From the NCBI GenBank assembly GCA_002633005.1, contig NMRA01000230.1:323271-387270 (forward strand): a stretch of DNA of 64,000 nt, in the 5' to 3' direction. Positions within the stretch are counted from its first letter, which is position 1. Each line of letters begins with the position of its first letter. Shown one piece after another: positions 39,801 to 53,693 of this stretch. The DNA comes from Phoronis australis (lineage: Eukaryota; Animalia; Phoronida). The position numbers and the translations under genes are program-made. The notes beneath the pieces were generated by a model, which was given only the letters and a program-made list of their open reading frames with translations, was not told the DNA's origin and did not search any database.

Positions 39801-42097
39801 TTTGCTCAAATAATCACCAAACGAATTGGAAATAAGTTTTATGTCAATTAACACGCGTAAATGTTCTGAAATCGTCACATTAAAAAAATCTAAGCGTGCA
39901 CAGGATGCATCGCTACCTTGCAATTACTTTGAAGATGACAGCGCCATCTACTGTTTATTTTCATGCCCTTAATTACCGAAGCTGGTATGAATGATTCAAT
40001 TGACTGTAGTTCATGTCGATGCTCCGCTCATACCGAAGTTAAGTTTTTTAACGGTTAAGTTAGTATGAAAGGGCCTAAAGACTATCTCTATCACAGGATA
40101 TTACTCTTGTATATTCTGCTTATGGGACCCCGTTTTTTGTTCCGTTACGAGGTCCTGTAGCATGAGGTCCTATGTAATACCTGAGGGTGCAGTGCATGGC
40201 TGACCCAGTAAAAACAATCTATATTCAATACATTGATTGCTGCTGTGTCAAAGGTCTCAAACTCCTATTTAAAACAACACACACATTTCGCAGGTCATGC
40301 AGACAGAATAGGATTGTTGTCGAGACACCCAGTGGCATCAACTGCAAGTCTTTTGCTTGGAGACAAGCTATCCATAAACGGCCACCAGCTCTGTCAACAC
40401 CTTATTGCTCTTTAAGTATGTATTAAGGCTAAAACACCTCCCCATGTCTGAAATCAATTCATAATGCAAGGATAAAAAAATGGGTCTAATTCCCCTGTGT
40501 ATCTGTGCCCTTTGAAATAAAAGACCTGTCTACAGGAGAACCAGCAAAAAATGCAAGCAAGACGAAACTCAAAACTATCGACAAAGCGTCAACAAAAAAT
40601 ACCCTTGTGACCATTACATTACAGGCATTTTCCCTACTGGCAAAAGTGCTAGCAAAAACACGATCCAATATACAAGTAATTGTATAGTATCTGCTTTGGA
40701 AAAGTGGGCAGATACAAACTTGAGCAACCACATGTTGTACAGAGACCAGCATATAGGAAAGAGTTTATTAATTATTAATTAATATAGGACTTGTTCCATT
40801 AGGGCAGTCGCTGTAGCCGACGTTTGGTTTTAAGCAAGACCATTCATACCTCATAGCCAAGGGAGGTGGGACAATTGCGAACAGAACTTAACCCCCTACC
40901 CCCAGAAGAGGTCAGGAACCGGAACTGATCATCAGCAGGGTGCAACAAGGAGAATTTTGCTTCTAACTCAGTCAAACATTTGGATTATTGACCACTCACA
41001 CAATAGAAAAATTACAGAACAAAGGTGGATAGTAAAGTCAAAGGTTCAGGGATCATTGTAGTAGCTGGCTACATGGGGTGCAATAAACATTAAACAATAC
41101 AATTTCACCAAGTGAAAAAGAAATATGTTATAGAATGTAAAAAATATGACAGGTACAACATAAATATATATTACACTTGTAAGGGTCTTTTAGTATTCAT
41201 CAGGTGTTAATACTGTGCCAGCAGTTTGCTCAAGATGAAATGTCAGATAGGTAAGTCTTGACCTGAACGAAAAGGAATCCATACACAACATGTAGTGAAA
41301 TCAAGGACTCGTACGTCCCACAATGCACCAGTTCAAGTATACAAGAAAAGGAAATTGCACTAGTTTGACACTCCCCAACACTTTATTAAATTACAAGCAA
41401 TAGAAGCTGATGAATACATCCTGATTTTTACAAATAAGATCCTTGAATGAGAGTGCTCTACGTACCGTTGTCACACAATATGGTAATGAGAAACACGACA
41501 ATGAAAGACACGAAGATTTTCTCACGCAAGTACAAAAGCTGATTCACTCGTTTAACTTTGAAAAAGGACGCAAAAATTCTTGCACGGGTCAATAAGCATG
41601 AAATTCCTTTATTGTGAATTTATTCAGTTCAATGTGTTATTAAGTCACCGATGGTTGGATATCATACCTGTGCAAACTGTTGTGAATTCGGTGCAACCGA
41701 GAAAATTGGAACTGTACTAAAAAGAATCAAAAGAAATTTTGTTGTGGAATTGTCGTTCACAACTGAACAGTATCAAAATCACATCATGTCAAGAAAAAGT
41801 AACTGTACGGTGGTCAGTGGAGTTGTCTAACACAAACCCTTCAGGTGAGACTCCTATAATCAATAGAACACGTCAAAAACAAGATAACAGTTTAAAATTT
41901 CTTTAACTCAATAGTGAGACAAAATTGACAATGTTGCCGTTTTTTCTATTTCTCTAAGGTTTCTACAAATATTACAAGATTTTACTTAGCGTTTTTTTTT
42001 TGGATGATAACTATACTAAGAAAATCAGGTAAAATCCAAAGCCAAATTTTCCCGAGAAATTTGCCAAAAACAGAATTTCATTTGTCCATCACATCAC

Positions 42098-42182
42098 TAG
42101 GTCTTGAAATGACCAACGATAAAAAAGAAGAAAATGTTTGGGTGATGCATCGTTCCACAAATAAATAGGCTTGTGTGGTAGA
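42098..42182. repeat. Dispersed ~85-bp repeat with an inverted copy at ~57515-57602
   Basis: ccacaaataaataggcttgtgtg versus cacacaagcctatttatttgtgg, with matching flanks. Confidence 0.8.
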
Positions 42183-42962
42183 CCTCAGACTTACAACTGC
42201 CATCGTCACTCCTCTCAAACAAGGGAAGTTATAACAGAGTTTCAATAAATCCTGCCTCAAGTTGAAAACCAGTGTAGGTGTTATTTGACAAATTACCGAA
42301 GAGCCTGTAGATTTAAGACCCAGGTACCTCAGTTGTTGATTGATGCTTGAAACTATGACACTAATTTTATTTTTATTTCGTCAACTATTGCTCAAACTGA
42401 TCATTTCACAGTGCAGACCATCAGACATCAAATACAACGAGAAACTGATCCCTTGCCCAGGATTACCAACCAAGCAACATGTGTGTGTGTTCTGTATTAA
42501 TCACTGTTGTGTGTAAACAGTGTATTATTTCACAGCTGTGGAAGCTGAATTAATCTCCCTTCATTCTTGAAACAAGTCAGGCACATCCATGCACAAATCC
42601 ATTGATTTTGTCTAATTTGCACATGTGAGTTCCCGCCCCACCTAAGTAAATGCAAAAGTCTGCGCCAGATTTTTACTAAGGGTCGACGTGAAAACATGCA
42701 TGTAGTTATCTGAACAACATTTTTGTCAAGAATTAAATGGGGGAGGGGTTTGAAAGAGTTCTAAATAACAAATGCTTGCACAATGTCATCCGATCCTAAA
42801 TCTCATGTATGACAGGTTTACATCATTCCAGCCTGTTGATTAGTTTCCAACACAACACATTATCAATTCAAACAAGCCAATGTTATCTTACGAACAAGAT
42901 AGTTTATCTAAAACAGGATAACGCTTTCAGCAGTAAACATATAGTTTATGGGCCTTTTCAAA

Positions 42963-43197
42963 CAGTAAAATCTCACTAATCTAGGACAAAAATAATTTGC
43001 CCTTTTTTCATTTTTCAAGTGCTTATAACACTGCTGTTAATACCCACAATTTTTCCAAGTATTGTCCTCTGTTAGCTGTGCTGCAGAATTCAAGCAAGAA
43101 TAAGGATTAATTTGTTGCTACACACGTTTTACGAAAAAATGAGAAAATAAGATTTCACCTGTTCGCCAGAGTCCTAAATAGGTGAAAAAATTACTAT
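42963..43197. mobile_element. Representative of an abundant ~230-bp MITE family (also ~20095-20310, 29447-29675, 45635-45870, 54945-55155, 55430-55675)
   Basis: Termini like cagtaaaatctcac.aat.taggaca / gtcctaaat.ggtga...ttac; shared interior aataat.gctaaaattg.c.ttttt.catt. Confidence 0.65.
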
Positions 43198-44743
43198 AAT
43201 ACTCTGCCATGTTCAAATTCATTACCATAGCAACCACCAGCAGTTTGGAGTTACACGTCTTTCGAGGACTTCAATTGTCTGCCATATTGTGTCCGAAATT
43301 GGTTGAGATTTTGCTGAGCCCATTTAATGTTGGTACTGGAAAGCGGCAATACAAACAGTAACACTTGTTGAACATTTCAGACTAACTTCTGTAGTTAGCA
43401 GACAACAAAGTTATCACAGTTTGAGGTGTGAGTCAACACAGCTATCACAGGATGACACTCCAAAACCAATATGCAGACGTTCTTTTTAAAAGTTGAAGAA
43501 CCATTATTTGTCGAATAAGAAAGTTGTAGAATTGTGAATATCAAAATTCTTCACCTATTTTGCAAAAAATATTTGCCGAAATTGTCATTTTAATGTTGTT
43601 TATGACATCTGCACACTACAAACTAAGCTAACAACAGACTAAAATTTTCACATTTATTTTTGTTGAGGAATTTGACAAAATAAAGTTTCAATTGTCCGTC
43701 ATATTGTATGCTTTTGCGCTCTGAAAATTCGCTCGCCACCTTGGCGACCGGCAAGTCAACTTCTACTCGCCCACCACCATTTTTACTCCCATGGGCAACA
43801 CTGTGCGAGTTCCTAAGTATATCCCTGTGACCGGAGTTACTCGATGAAAGGTGGGTATGACAGTGAATGAGTTATGCTAATAAGATGCCTTAGTTACCAA
43901 GGATCAAAGTTGTTAACAATTAACAACATTTAAGTATTAAAAACACAGCCAACAAATAATAAGTCTTCAAATCCTTGATCACAAATTCTTTTCATGTGCA
44001 CAAGAATAGATGTTATGATAGCGGTTTTCTAAAATAAATCGTGATTCAAGATTTTTCCACAACTACGTTTTTTCACAAACTTGCAAGTAATGTTTTTCTT
44101 TATACTATTAGCTACAAGAGTATTAAAGTCTTTCAGATTGAAAACTCTGCTGTCAAAAATGATGATTTTACCATTCTAACAGAAAACAGAAATTTTGATT
44201 TTTTGACAGCCAAGCTCCCGAGCTAAAAGGCTTTTATCCCAGACTTGCTGATAGAATAAAGAGACAGAATGTTGGACTTTCATAAAACTCTCAAATTGCC
44301 ATGTAGTCACCAGATTTTCGCAAGATTGAGCCAAATAAGTAGTCAGAAAAACCAAGTATCCATGAGTAATTTACTTCAAAATTTCTGGTGACTTCCAAAC
44401 TTTAAAATAAACATCCTTGCTCAAATAAATTTTTTTAACCTTTTGTGCGAATCATTTGTCAAAAACCAAGAGGGATTGACCATGTTTCGAGATTATGTAG
44501 CTTTGGCAGGAGGTCAAGGACCGTGGAATGTCCACTGCGACATCGATAACACCCCAAATCATTTTTTCCTTTAGTCGAATGAAGAAAAGATGGGTATCAA
44601 AACATCCACAACTGGCCCAACCATGTTTCTTTTAAGTTGAACAGGAAAATTGAGTGATTTGAATTTGGCGACCTGGAAATGTTTCCAGGTTGCATTTGGC
44701 CAGCTGACTTTTGGCAAGTCCTATCTTAGGTAACAGAGATATC

Positions 44744-44855
44744 CGGTAATAGTCTGATATAACACGTCGGATTTTTGAGAACCAGGTTTCTCCACTGAAT
44801 AATGGGCATTAAACTGGTTCTCAAAGTACGGGCACGTTATATCAGACTATTGCCG
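44744..44855. mobile_element. ~110-bp palindromic mini-element (relatives at ~23998-24106, ~51351-51473, ~62600-62712)
   Basis: Whole-length inverted repeat with core gagaaccag...ctggttctc, flanked by direct repeat agatatc. Confidence 0.75.
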
Positions 44856-47800
44856 AGATATCCTACTACCTTAATGTTTATCAAAGACCAAAACTTATCT
44901 GTCCATACAGGGCCGCATCACCCAAAACATAACTGTGTGGTATGTTCCTACAGTATGAAAGGCTGTTAACTCGGAGAAACAGATAACCTTCTGATAGTCC
45001 TTCATAAGAACCTGACCTTCAGTACTGGCACAAGTCATTACTAGAAAATAACTGTACAATGAAAAGTCTGGTCGCCCTGGATACAGCTGAAACATTCGAA
45101 TGTGACTGAAAAACCTTGGGTTCTCATTTATTAGCTGCAACACTCGCCAATTTAATTCTATCAACTATGTATTAATGAAAACATACTTGACATTTAAATT
45201 GGACTTGTATCCAGAAGCACTGAACGTTTAAGTACGTTTTCAGAAGAAGTCTCATCAAGATAATTTTTTTCCGAAGAATAATTACTGTATAAAAAACGGG
45301 AAATATATATGTGTGGAAATGGATAGAAAAACAGGACCTACGCACCCAGCACAACCAGCGAAAATGCCTGCTCAAAAATACGAGTGACGGCCTATTGTGC
45401 ACTGCATCCATCCCAATAATACGAGTTAGGTCAATTTCCTACTTGTATTTTACTGTTCCTACTCCTATTTTCATGGGTGGGTGAACTCACTTAGGTTGAG
45501 CCCTGACAATGCATATAAGGCAACAGGCAATGAATTTAAGAACATGTTTATAAACACAGTAAAATCCAGAACATACATTCACATCTGGTTATTTAGTCTG
45601 GAGTCATTCATGAAACTGACAGAAACTTGGTTGTGGTAAAATCTCATCAATTTTAGACAAAAATAATAGCTAAAATTATCATTTTTCATTTTTCAAGGAC
45701 TCGACACTATAGAGAATGCTCACAGCATTTTGAAATACTCATTGTCTGGCAGTAGCTGTGTAAAGCAAATTTATCATGGAAAAGAATTAATTTTTGCTAC
45801 ACGCCTTTTATGGAAAATATGACAAAATATAAATATATTACTTGTTTGCATATTGTGTCCTAAATTGGTGCCATCTAAATCATTGAATCCAAGTAATGAG
45901 ATCAAATGCTAAAGAAGTGTAAGGTATTAGACTCCTTAGGCGGTTCAATGGTGAACTTTTTTATGGTGCATCTGACAGAATAATTCAAATTAGGGAGCTT
46001 ACATCTACTCTGTACTGGATTTCAACCATTCTACCAGATGCTGGCTAGACGTGCCGCATTTTGGCATAATAAACCCTCTCAAGCCGATAGCGTGTGGATG
46101 CAGATACTTTGGTCACAAAAGCGTGTGTGGAATATGGCATACTAAGATAATACCATTTTGCCCACTTGACAACACAATATAGCATTCTATAGAGTTCCTC
46201 GTATTTTGCACCACGAATGAACGCGGTAAAATCAATCCAATTCCGGACAAAAGTTGCTGCCAAAGTCGATTTCTGTCCATTTTTTCAATAGACTTATGCA
46301 TTACTGATAGGAATGACTACAACTTCTCAACATTACCCAGCGGTGGCAATGGTTTAGAAATTGAGACCAATAAAGCACTGATTCAGTTCTTCTAATGCAT
46401 TATGAAAAAAAATGAAAAATAACATTTCAATTCTTTGCTACATTGTGTCCTAAACTGGTGAGACAGTAACTTGGTAACTTGACACTAGCCATCACCAGGT
46501 CCTCTTGCAAGGGCTGTACTTGTGGTTCACTGCAACAGATAGTTTAACATGTGGAATTCTTGTATTTCAACTAAAAATTTCAATTATGAACAGCAAGGAG
46601 ACAAACACTGCCTTACACTCATCAAAACAGGAACGCACTGAACAACACCAGGTTAATGCGATGAGGGTTCTGAATATTATACTCAACTACGGTAATAACT
46701 ATGCGCTAACTTCATCACCTGATAACAATCTGATGCTGGTCTTTCAATACTCACTTCCCAAACTCAACTCTTATTCTTCGGCAGCAACGCAGCGGTAGAA
46801 AAAGGCATCGCACCATTCACTTAGTTTTGCGAAGGGTCACAGACACAAATCTGAGCCGAGTAGCACTAAGTGAGAAAAGATGTCACATTCCAACTTTTTG
46901 ATGACGGCATTGCAATTTATGCAAAACTAAGTGAAACTTAATTTACATCAGAATAACGAATAGCAAAGAAAGTTTGGTGTTGAGTAGTGATCAGCATGGC
47001 CGCTTTAAGAAATCATGAGTGCACTACTAACGCACAGCATTGTGGGTAAATACCGCAGAATCAGAGAGGGACCTGTGGTATTGCGATCAGTGACGAGTGA
47101 CTTTTGGATAGTGAAATTATTCTTGTGACTATATAAAAGATAGTAGGTTTTTTTGAAAGGAAAACACCAAGCTATATACAAGATAACACAAACACAAAAG
47201 AATTCTATTACATGAAAAGCTAGACCTATCAGAATTGGGCAAATTGAGCAGTGCGTAAACAAAACTGACAACACAAGATAGCGGCTGCAGTTTCCTCAAA
47301 CAATGGCTGAAATTGTCATTTTTTCAATTCTCAAATGCTCGCTGTATCGCCAAAAATGTCCATCGTGAACTTGTTGATGACATTTGACTAAATAACGTTT
47401 TCAAGCAATCAAACTGTATTCTGCAATACTCCTGTTGAACATTTTGATGAACAATAATTTTACTATTGCGCTATACTGCAAAACGTTACGGAATCCAGTA
47501 GTACAATAAATGATGCGATGAACAATGCTCAGGTCACCTGACCTTTACCCTTCACCCAGGCCACAAGAGGCATAAATGATAAAACCCCTCAACTATGACC
47601 TTATGAAATCAAATCAGCTCGGAAAACCATCCTGAAAATCAGTGGTCAGAGAACTGACACCAGATTCACTGCACACAATCACAACAAAGGACTATTTGTA
47701 GTAAGACTGTAATGTAGACAATGCCGCTAGATCTGGATATGCCTGGCATGTTGTGAATGAAAATGAGATGTGTTTAATTTACTAGTTAGCCACTATGATG

Positions 47801-50377
47801 CCAGTAATAATGTTTAGCACGCCCTCCAAGGGTTTAGAAAACTGTAAGAAAAAATATATGTGACCTCAGATGGTTTCTTTGCGTGTGAAACAACCACAAC
47901 TTGATTAATACCCATAACCATGGAAACCATCAAAACATTAACACAAGGAGAAAAGGCCATAGGGGGTTTGCAAGGACTGAGAATGCATTAAAATATTTAT
48001 TCAGAAAGAAAGCCGACACCAAGCAGAGAAAGCACATCACTAGCAAATTTGTATTCAATTATTTGGTTTTTTTCATCAATCCTCATAAATTCATAAGTAC
48101 ATATCCTCTTGGAATAACACAACAGGAATACGGTTTAATAATTACCAATGTTAACAACTATTTTTAAAAAATCATGGTTTAATTGTAGCTACAATTTTTT
48201 GCTGATTTCTGGGATGGATACTTTTCTAAATCTTCTTTTAACTGTAATGCAAAAAGGTGGCAGTATTACCGTACAACAAGGCTCCACCAAAACCAGCACT
48301 TCAATCCTCAATCCATTAAGCTGTTATCAAACAAGAGACATGACCACCATAGTAGCTAATACAACCAACCAGTTATATTTTGACAAGGGATTACGCCAGT
48401 GGACTTAGTGGGCGATAAGTAGAAATTTATTAAAAGTTGAGTAAATTGGGGAATTATGCAGGAGTTGGGCCAAGTTTGACCAAACTGTTGGCCTGGCAAC
48501 CGCTTGAGAGAGGGGAAGAGAGGTAGAGAGGGGGGAGAGAGAAAGAGAGAAATGTAAAGAAAACTTGCGGTAATTCTTCACTTATAAAACACGCAATATG
48601 GCCAACAAGTGAAATTCTATTTTGTCAATTTTTCACGAAATAATCAACCTTTGAAAAGTGGAAAATTACTTTCTTGTCCATAGGTGGCGCCATTATATAG
48701 TATTGGGTATAGAGTACTTCCAACCGGCGACCTGTTTGTGTTGCGGATCTAACTTTTGAGCCCTGCGTCAGATACAAGCGGGAATCTTTGTGGCGCATAG
48801 TTATCAGAGGGTGGCATGATAGCATCTTTAATTTAGGTTTGCGAATATTGTAATACTCGCAAACCTACAGTTCCATACAAATATAAATTCGCAAAGTACA
48901 GACTTGACAACAAATGATGTCACCTTTACATTTAAATTCTAATACAAGAACAAAAATACTGAAAATTCAAAAGATCTCAAATCATACATACATACCCACA
49001 CGTAACACATTTTCTCACAATACTCCTGAATACTATATCACAATAACTGACAAATATAAGGTAATTTTTTACATCTCTCCCTATAGATGGACTGTTTTAA
49101 GTGTTGTATAGAAAATCCTGTGTTTCATGATATGCAACAGCAAAAGGAAAATATCAAGGTAAATATTTAACGCTTTATGCACATAGATCTTTTAAAATCT
49201 CAAAAAAAACACAGAAAATAACTCATTCATCCAAACTCATGACATTACCATCACAACTATACAAATCTCTAATAAATGTCATCCCTTTTTATTGTTACTC
49301 CCTTTTGGGGTCTGACCTCCAAGCTGACGTTAAACCATAACGGTAGGTTAAACACTCTTTATTTATAATTAATTTTCAAATAAAATGACATCATGCTTCC
49401 AAACACATCAAGTACAAATTATCATAACAGACAATACGTTCTAGAAATGCATTTTTATACATCTCTAGAAACTCCATTTCTATTACGCTTCCTATATATT
49501 CACGTAAAGTGATACAGCAACTGAGCGAGTTCTATCAATCTATGAATCACGAATTGCATTTTAAAAAGTCTTTACACCAAGTTAAAAAGCTTTACTGAAA
49601 CCATCTACCTTACAGCTCCTTTGATCCTGTCCTAAACATGTCATAGTTCAAGATAACATCATTGTTGAGTGGTCTAACCCTGAACTTATGTAACCAATCA
49701 GTTATGGACTGGACAGTCGGTCCTTTTAGCTGAATCATAGCCATAAAAGACCACAACTCATTCAACACAAGTGTGTTTTTTTCAGATAAAGCAAAAATCC
49801 ATTTAAATGAACCATAGACAAATCTTCAGCTCTAGGTTACAAATCATATGGAGACAACACGGACAGAAATTTAACCATTTATTAGGTTTTTAACTTTTTT
49901 ATACTTTGCGACGTATATTGAACAACTCACGTCAACATCACTAAGCATGACGAAGGAAATTTTTTATTACATGTTAATCAACTCTGTATGACAAAAACTG
50001 AGAATGGATCAAACAAATTTATTAAGCTAGTTTTGACTTCTGCTGTCCCTGGGCCCTGTGCTTAATTGAACTTGAAAACGCAAGTGTTAACAGGTCAGAG
50101 AAGGAAACATAGAAACGTCAAGATGTTCAATCACGACAACCAGAGTTTCTGAAAACAATGATCCCATCAATTTCATGAAGGATCTAGATAACAGGGGGAA
50201 CACAGCGTCCACCATTTAACAAATAAGGATTTCCCAGCCAGAAATTCACACACATGGCAAACGCCATGTTTAATTTTTGGAATTCTCGGACGGGGAGTGT
50301 CCGGTGTCAAATGGTCCTCGGTAAAGTTGAACGTAAAACTTTGATCTGAATAACACCATCAGAAAGTAAATACTTAC

Positions 50378-50414
50378 AGAGACGGGGTGTCTGCATTGAC
50401 AGGAGGATCTTCAT
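50378..50414 (-). CDS. crb: Crumbs-family protein, predicted coding exon 1 (MKILLSMQTPRL, start of signal peptide)
   Basis: ATG at 50414, 37 nt, donor GTAAGT. The phase-1 T joins AT of exon 2 to give MKILLSMQTPRLYVLMVLLFLHVANSSQS, a plausible signal peptide. Strand composition flips near here. Confidence 0.75.
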
Positions 50415-51200
50415 TCTAACTCCTGCTATGATCTAGTCGTATCACGCTGTCATATTCATAAAACGCACTGACACTGACATGCAAACGTAAATACAGTGTA
50501 CGGTGACTCAAAGTGCTTTTTGAAACAAATGTCACGTGACCTAAAACATTATGGGGTGCTATATTTTTGTCATCTTTAAACGAATATAAATTAGTATGCG
50601 CGTTAAAATAAACATCAAAAACATATTTAAACAATTTTTTAGATTTCTTATCATTATCTTACCAATTTTAGAAATATCAAATTTTTTGGGTTAGATTCAA
50701 TTCATCAGGGGACATAATTCTAAACCAAAGAAGTTGTGGTTTTCTCCAGGTCTCTGTAGAAAATCTTTGTAAATTGCCATGATATTTATCTGATTGGAGT
50801 ACTGTCTTTTATTTTGGCTTTATAAAATACCATTAAAGCCATAAGACATAGATTTTAGACAGTTACGCTCAGTTATGCACGGCTAGTCTCAGGAAACCCC
50901 TCTCTATCAAGTGTGGTGATTCCCCTGGCGGCGTGGCCTGGTTGCCTCATCTGCGCTCACCACTGCTGCACAGTCACCACCTCAGCCCAGCTCCTGCTGT
51001 GACTTCTACTGTGCATACTACTCCAAACGTGGAATTGAATGTTTTTGCCCTGATTTTTGTTAAAGTTAGTAAAATGATCAATAAAAAGTCGCACCCACGG
51101 TAGGCTGTTGAGGCGCTCTAGTCTTGTGTGTCATAAACCGAGCAAACCAACGTCAACGAACAAACTTGGAGAAAACTTGGACTTTCCTCAAGGTTGTGGA
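50415..51200. promoter_or_regulatory. Putative bidirectional promoter / 5'UTR region between crumbs and NUBPL
   Basis: Divergent ATGs separated by 786 bp; palindromic E-box GTCACGTGAC at 50531-50540. Confidence 0.65.
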
Positions 51201-51287
51201 ATGCTACCTGCCTGGAGAAGTGCCAGACGTTGTAGCTTTGCAGCCCGCAATGAGTGGAGATGGTTTTCCTCCCATGACAACCCATTC
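51201..51287 (+). CDS. NUBPL: NUBPL exon 1, mitochondrial targeting peptide (MLPAWRSARRCSFAARNEWRWFSSHDNPF)
   Basis: Arg/Ser/Ala-rich presequence with an R-x-F-S-S-type cleavage motif; gtaagc donor; phase 0 matches exon 2. Confidence 0.8.
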
Positions 51288-52596
51288 GTAAGCATTGACA
51301 TGGTGTGACGTTCATGTTTAGTCTCTGAGTAGTCTGAGGCAGTGAGGTCCAGGCACAAGTCGGTTATAATGGACCCTGATTTAGAGAACCAGGCAATCGC
51401 TAAATAATAGCCCTGTTATTTAGTGGATGAAACTGGTTCACTAAATCAGGGTCCATTATATGCGACAAGTGTCGAGGTCCATTTATTCCTGTTGATACTC
51501 TGCTTGCTAGTAAAGTGTCGAACAATTAGCAATTACCAAATCAGCATATTTTAGCTAAATAACTACAAACTACAGATTTTAAATTAACAAAAGAATATAT
51601 TTTCTGAAAGTAGGAACCCTGTAGCATTTGTTATTGACTTTTTATCAATCTACCATTGTTGGATCGCTTGACCATGTATTTACCAAAAACGGAAGGTACA
51701 TCAACAGTAAAACCACAGTATCAATAACATGACCAAATTTTACATAAAATAAATATCCAAGATTTATCTCACAAACACTCGGTTTTCTAAATTATTTGTC
51801 TTCATTCTATGCAACTTCTGAGTTTTTTGTCAAAATAAAAGCTCAGATAAAAGTCGCAATTTTTGATAGCCTTCATGCAAGAGTGGCACGTATTATAAAC
51901 AATAACTGACTGTGTTTTGCGTAAAGCGTAGTATCTGGAAGTTTCAAAAGAATGGTATTATCCATTTCTGAGATTATGAACATTCTAAAGTTGTCTAAAT
52001 TAGGATATTTGTCTAGAGTGCTACATAGCCTTAAACCTATTTCACCACATGTTCAGCTGGCTAAAAAACAAAAGTCAAATTACACCTCTACTACTGGGAA
52101 TGCTTCTAAATAGACCAGATTGATAAATCTGCATTCGAAAACGGCTTTCTTTCCAGGTAATAAGTTAGTGGCACCTTTAATGTTTCTGGCTAATTAACTG
52201 GAAGTCGGATTTTGCATTTTATCCCAATTCTATAAACATCCATTCTTGTGCAGGTACGGTACCACATTCGTCGGAGGGGAAAGATTCAGCACACTTTAAC
52301 TTCCACCCCCATCTCCTCCCTTCATCGGCTCTGCCTCAATATCCAAAATTGATGTTTTGTGCTCTTTCAAATCTCCGTCTGTATGAATTACAAGTGATTC
52401 TAACCTCACCAGAAATTTTGTAACTTGAGAAGATTTTTTCGCAATTGTGAAATATTTTTCACAGAGGAATAGGGCTGAAATTCAGTCCTAAAGTCTGCGC
52501 GGGGTCGTGGGCTCCACTGTGTTTCAAATATTGTCGAGATCATCTGAGATTAACCTTTTCATAACTTTCAGTCACATTCCACATTCTGTTTTCCAG

Positions 52597-52729
52597 GGTA
52601 TAAAATCATCACCAAAGAAAACTCCTAATGTCTCGAGGGGCCTGCCAAAGAAACTGCCTCTTGCCGGTGTACAACATGTGATATTGGTGGCTTCTGGGAA
52701 GGGAGGTGTTGGTAAAAGTACAACTGCAG
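52597..52729 (+). CDS. NUBPL: NUBPL exon 2 (deviant Walker [12 protein letters not shown])
   Basis: ttccag/gtgaac, 133 nt; [32 protein letters not shown] is typical of Ind1/NUBPL. Confidence 0.95.
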
Positions 52730-53325
52730 GTGAACAGTTTGGCAGGGTCAGAAGTTAAGAGAGAGAAATTAAAGGTCATTCGCGTAAGGTGTTACATAAA
52801 AAATGTCTCAAAAACTGAATCGTTACGGCGCACAACTTCAAAATTTACTGACACCAGATCCTGAAGGTCTACGTATTTTTTCTGCTTAATTTCTTATAAG
52901 GCCAAAAAAGTATAATTTGTTCTGGTCTCTTTTTTGAAAATCAAGTTGGTGGTGCGATGTCTTTTAGTTGCTCGCTTTTTCAAAAGAAGAAAATTGATCT
53001 GAGATAAGCAAAAATTGTGGAAAATGTCTTTCTCATTGCTTGGCAAATCATAATGTTTCAAACTTTGCTGTCCTTTTTTAAATGCCTTTGTGCAACTTTT
53101 CAAGATTATTTCTTTTTTAGTCTGTGAACTTACATCTTAAATTGAGTCGGGATGAAGACCAGAACAAACTTGCGCTTTTTGCCCTACCCAAGTATGTCAA
53201 AATCTGTTTGAAAAAATGCTTTGTCCATTTGTTTTCTGTTATTGTTTTACTTGCGGAAAACTATATTTTATGTTAACTTTGTTTTTATTTATTTTCTGGT
53301 TCAAAATTTTTTTGATTATTTTCAG

Positions 53326-53360
53326 TGAATTTGGCAGTGGCGCTTTACCAAAATGACCAG
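53326..53360 (+). CDS. NUBPL: NUBPL exon 3 (VNLAVALYQNDQ)
   Basis: ttcag/gtgagt, 35 nt, phase 1/0. Confidence 0.93.
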
Positions 53361-53620
53361 GTGAGTAAAACGTGGTTTTTCAGGATTTAGAGCACTTTGC
53401 CACCAAAAGCCTCACTCCATTATCACCCAGCCAGTGTAAACCCGATGACTATTGTGTTCCAATCTCTACTTCTACAACCCCACTAAATCCTTTTATTTTA
53501 ATCAAACAATGTTTGTGATCCATACTTCCACGCCAATTTGAACTTTGAATATCTAAATACACTCTAGAGGTCGAAGGCAAGATGCCAACTGCTAAGTCCG
53601 TATTTCTGTGTTTGACCTGT

Positions 53621-53693
53621 GGTCCTGATGGCTCTGTGGAGTAGAGAGTCTGCACAGTTAGCAGAAGGTCTAGGGTTCAAGTCCAGGTCACGG
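53621..53693 (+). mobile_element. tRNA-derived SINE head or tRNA pseudogene in NUBPL intron 3
   Basis: A-box-like tggctctgtgg and B-box ggttcaagtcc at tRNA-like spacing; cloverleaf imperfect. Confidence 0.55.

Noticed and set aside
25000-50300. Short 60-110 aa ORFs in crumbs intron 1 as a nested gene or transposase
   Set aside because: No recognisable domains or consistent exon chain; many overlap repeats.
50875-50886. Upstream ATG as NUBPL start
   Set aside because: ATG CAC GGC TAG terminates immediately; at most a tiny uORF.
53621-53693. Functional tRNA gene
   Set aside because: Acceptor and anticodon stems do not pair well and no oligo-T terminator follows.
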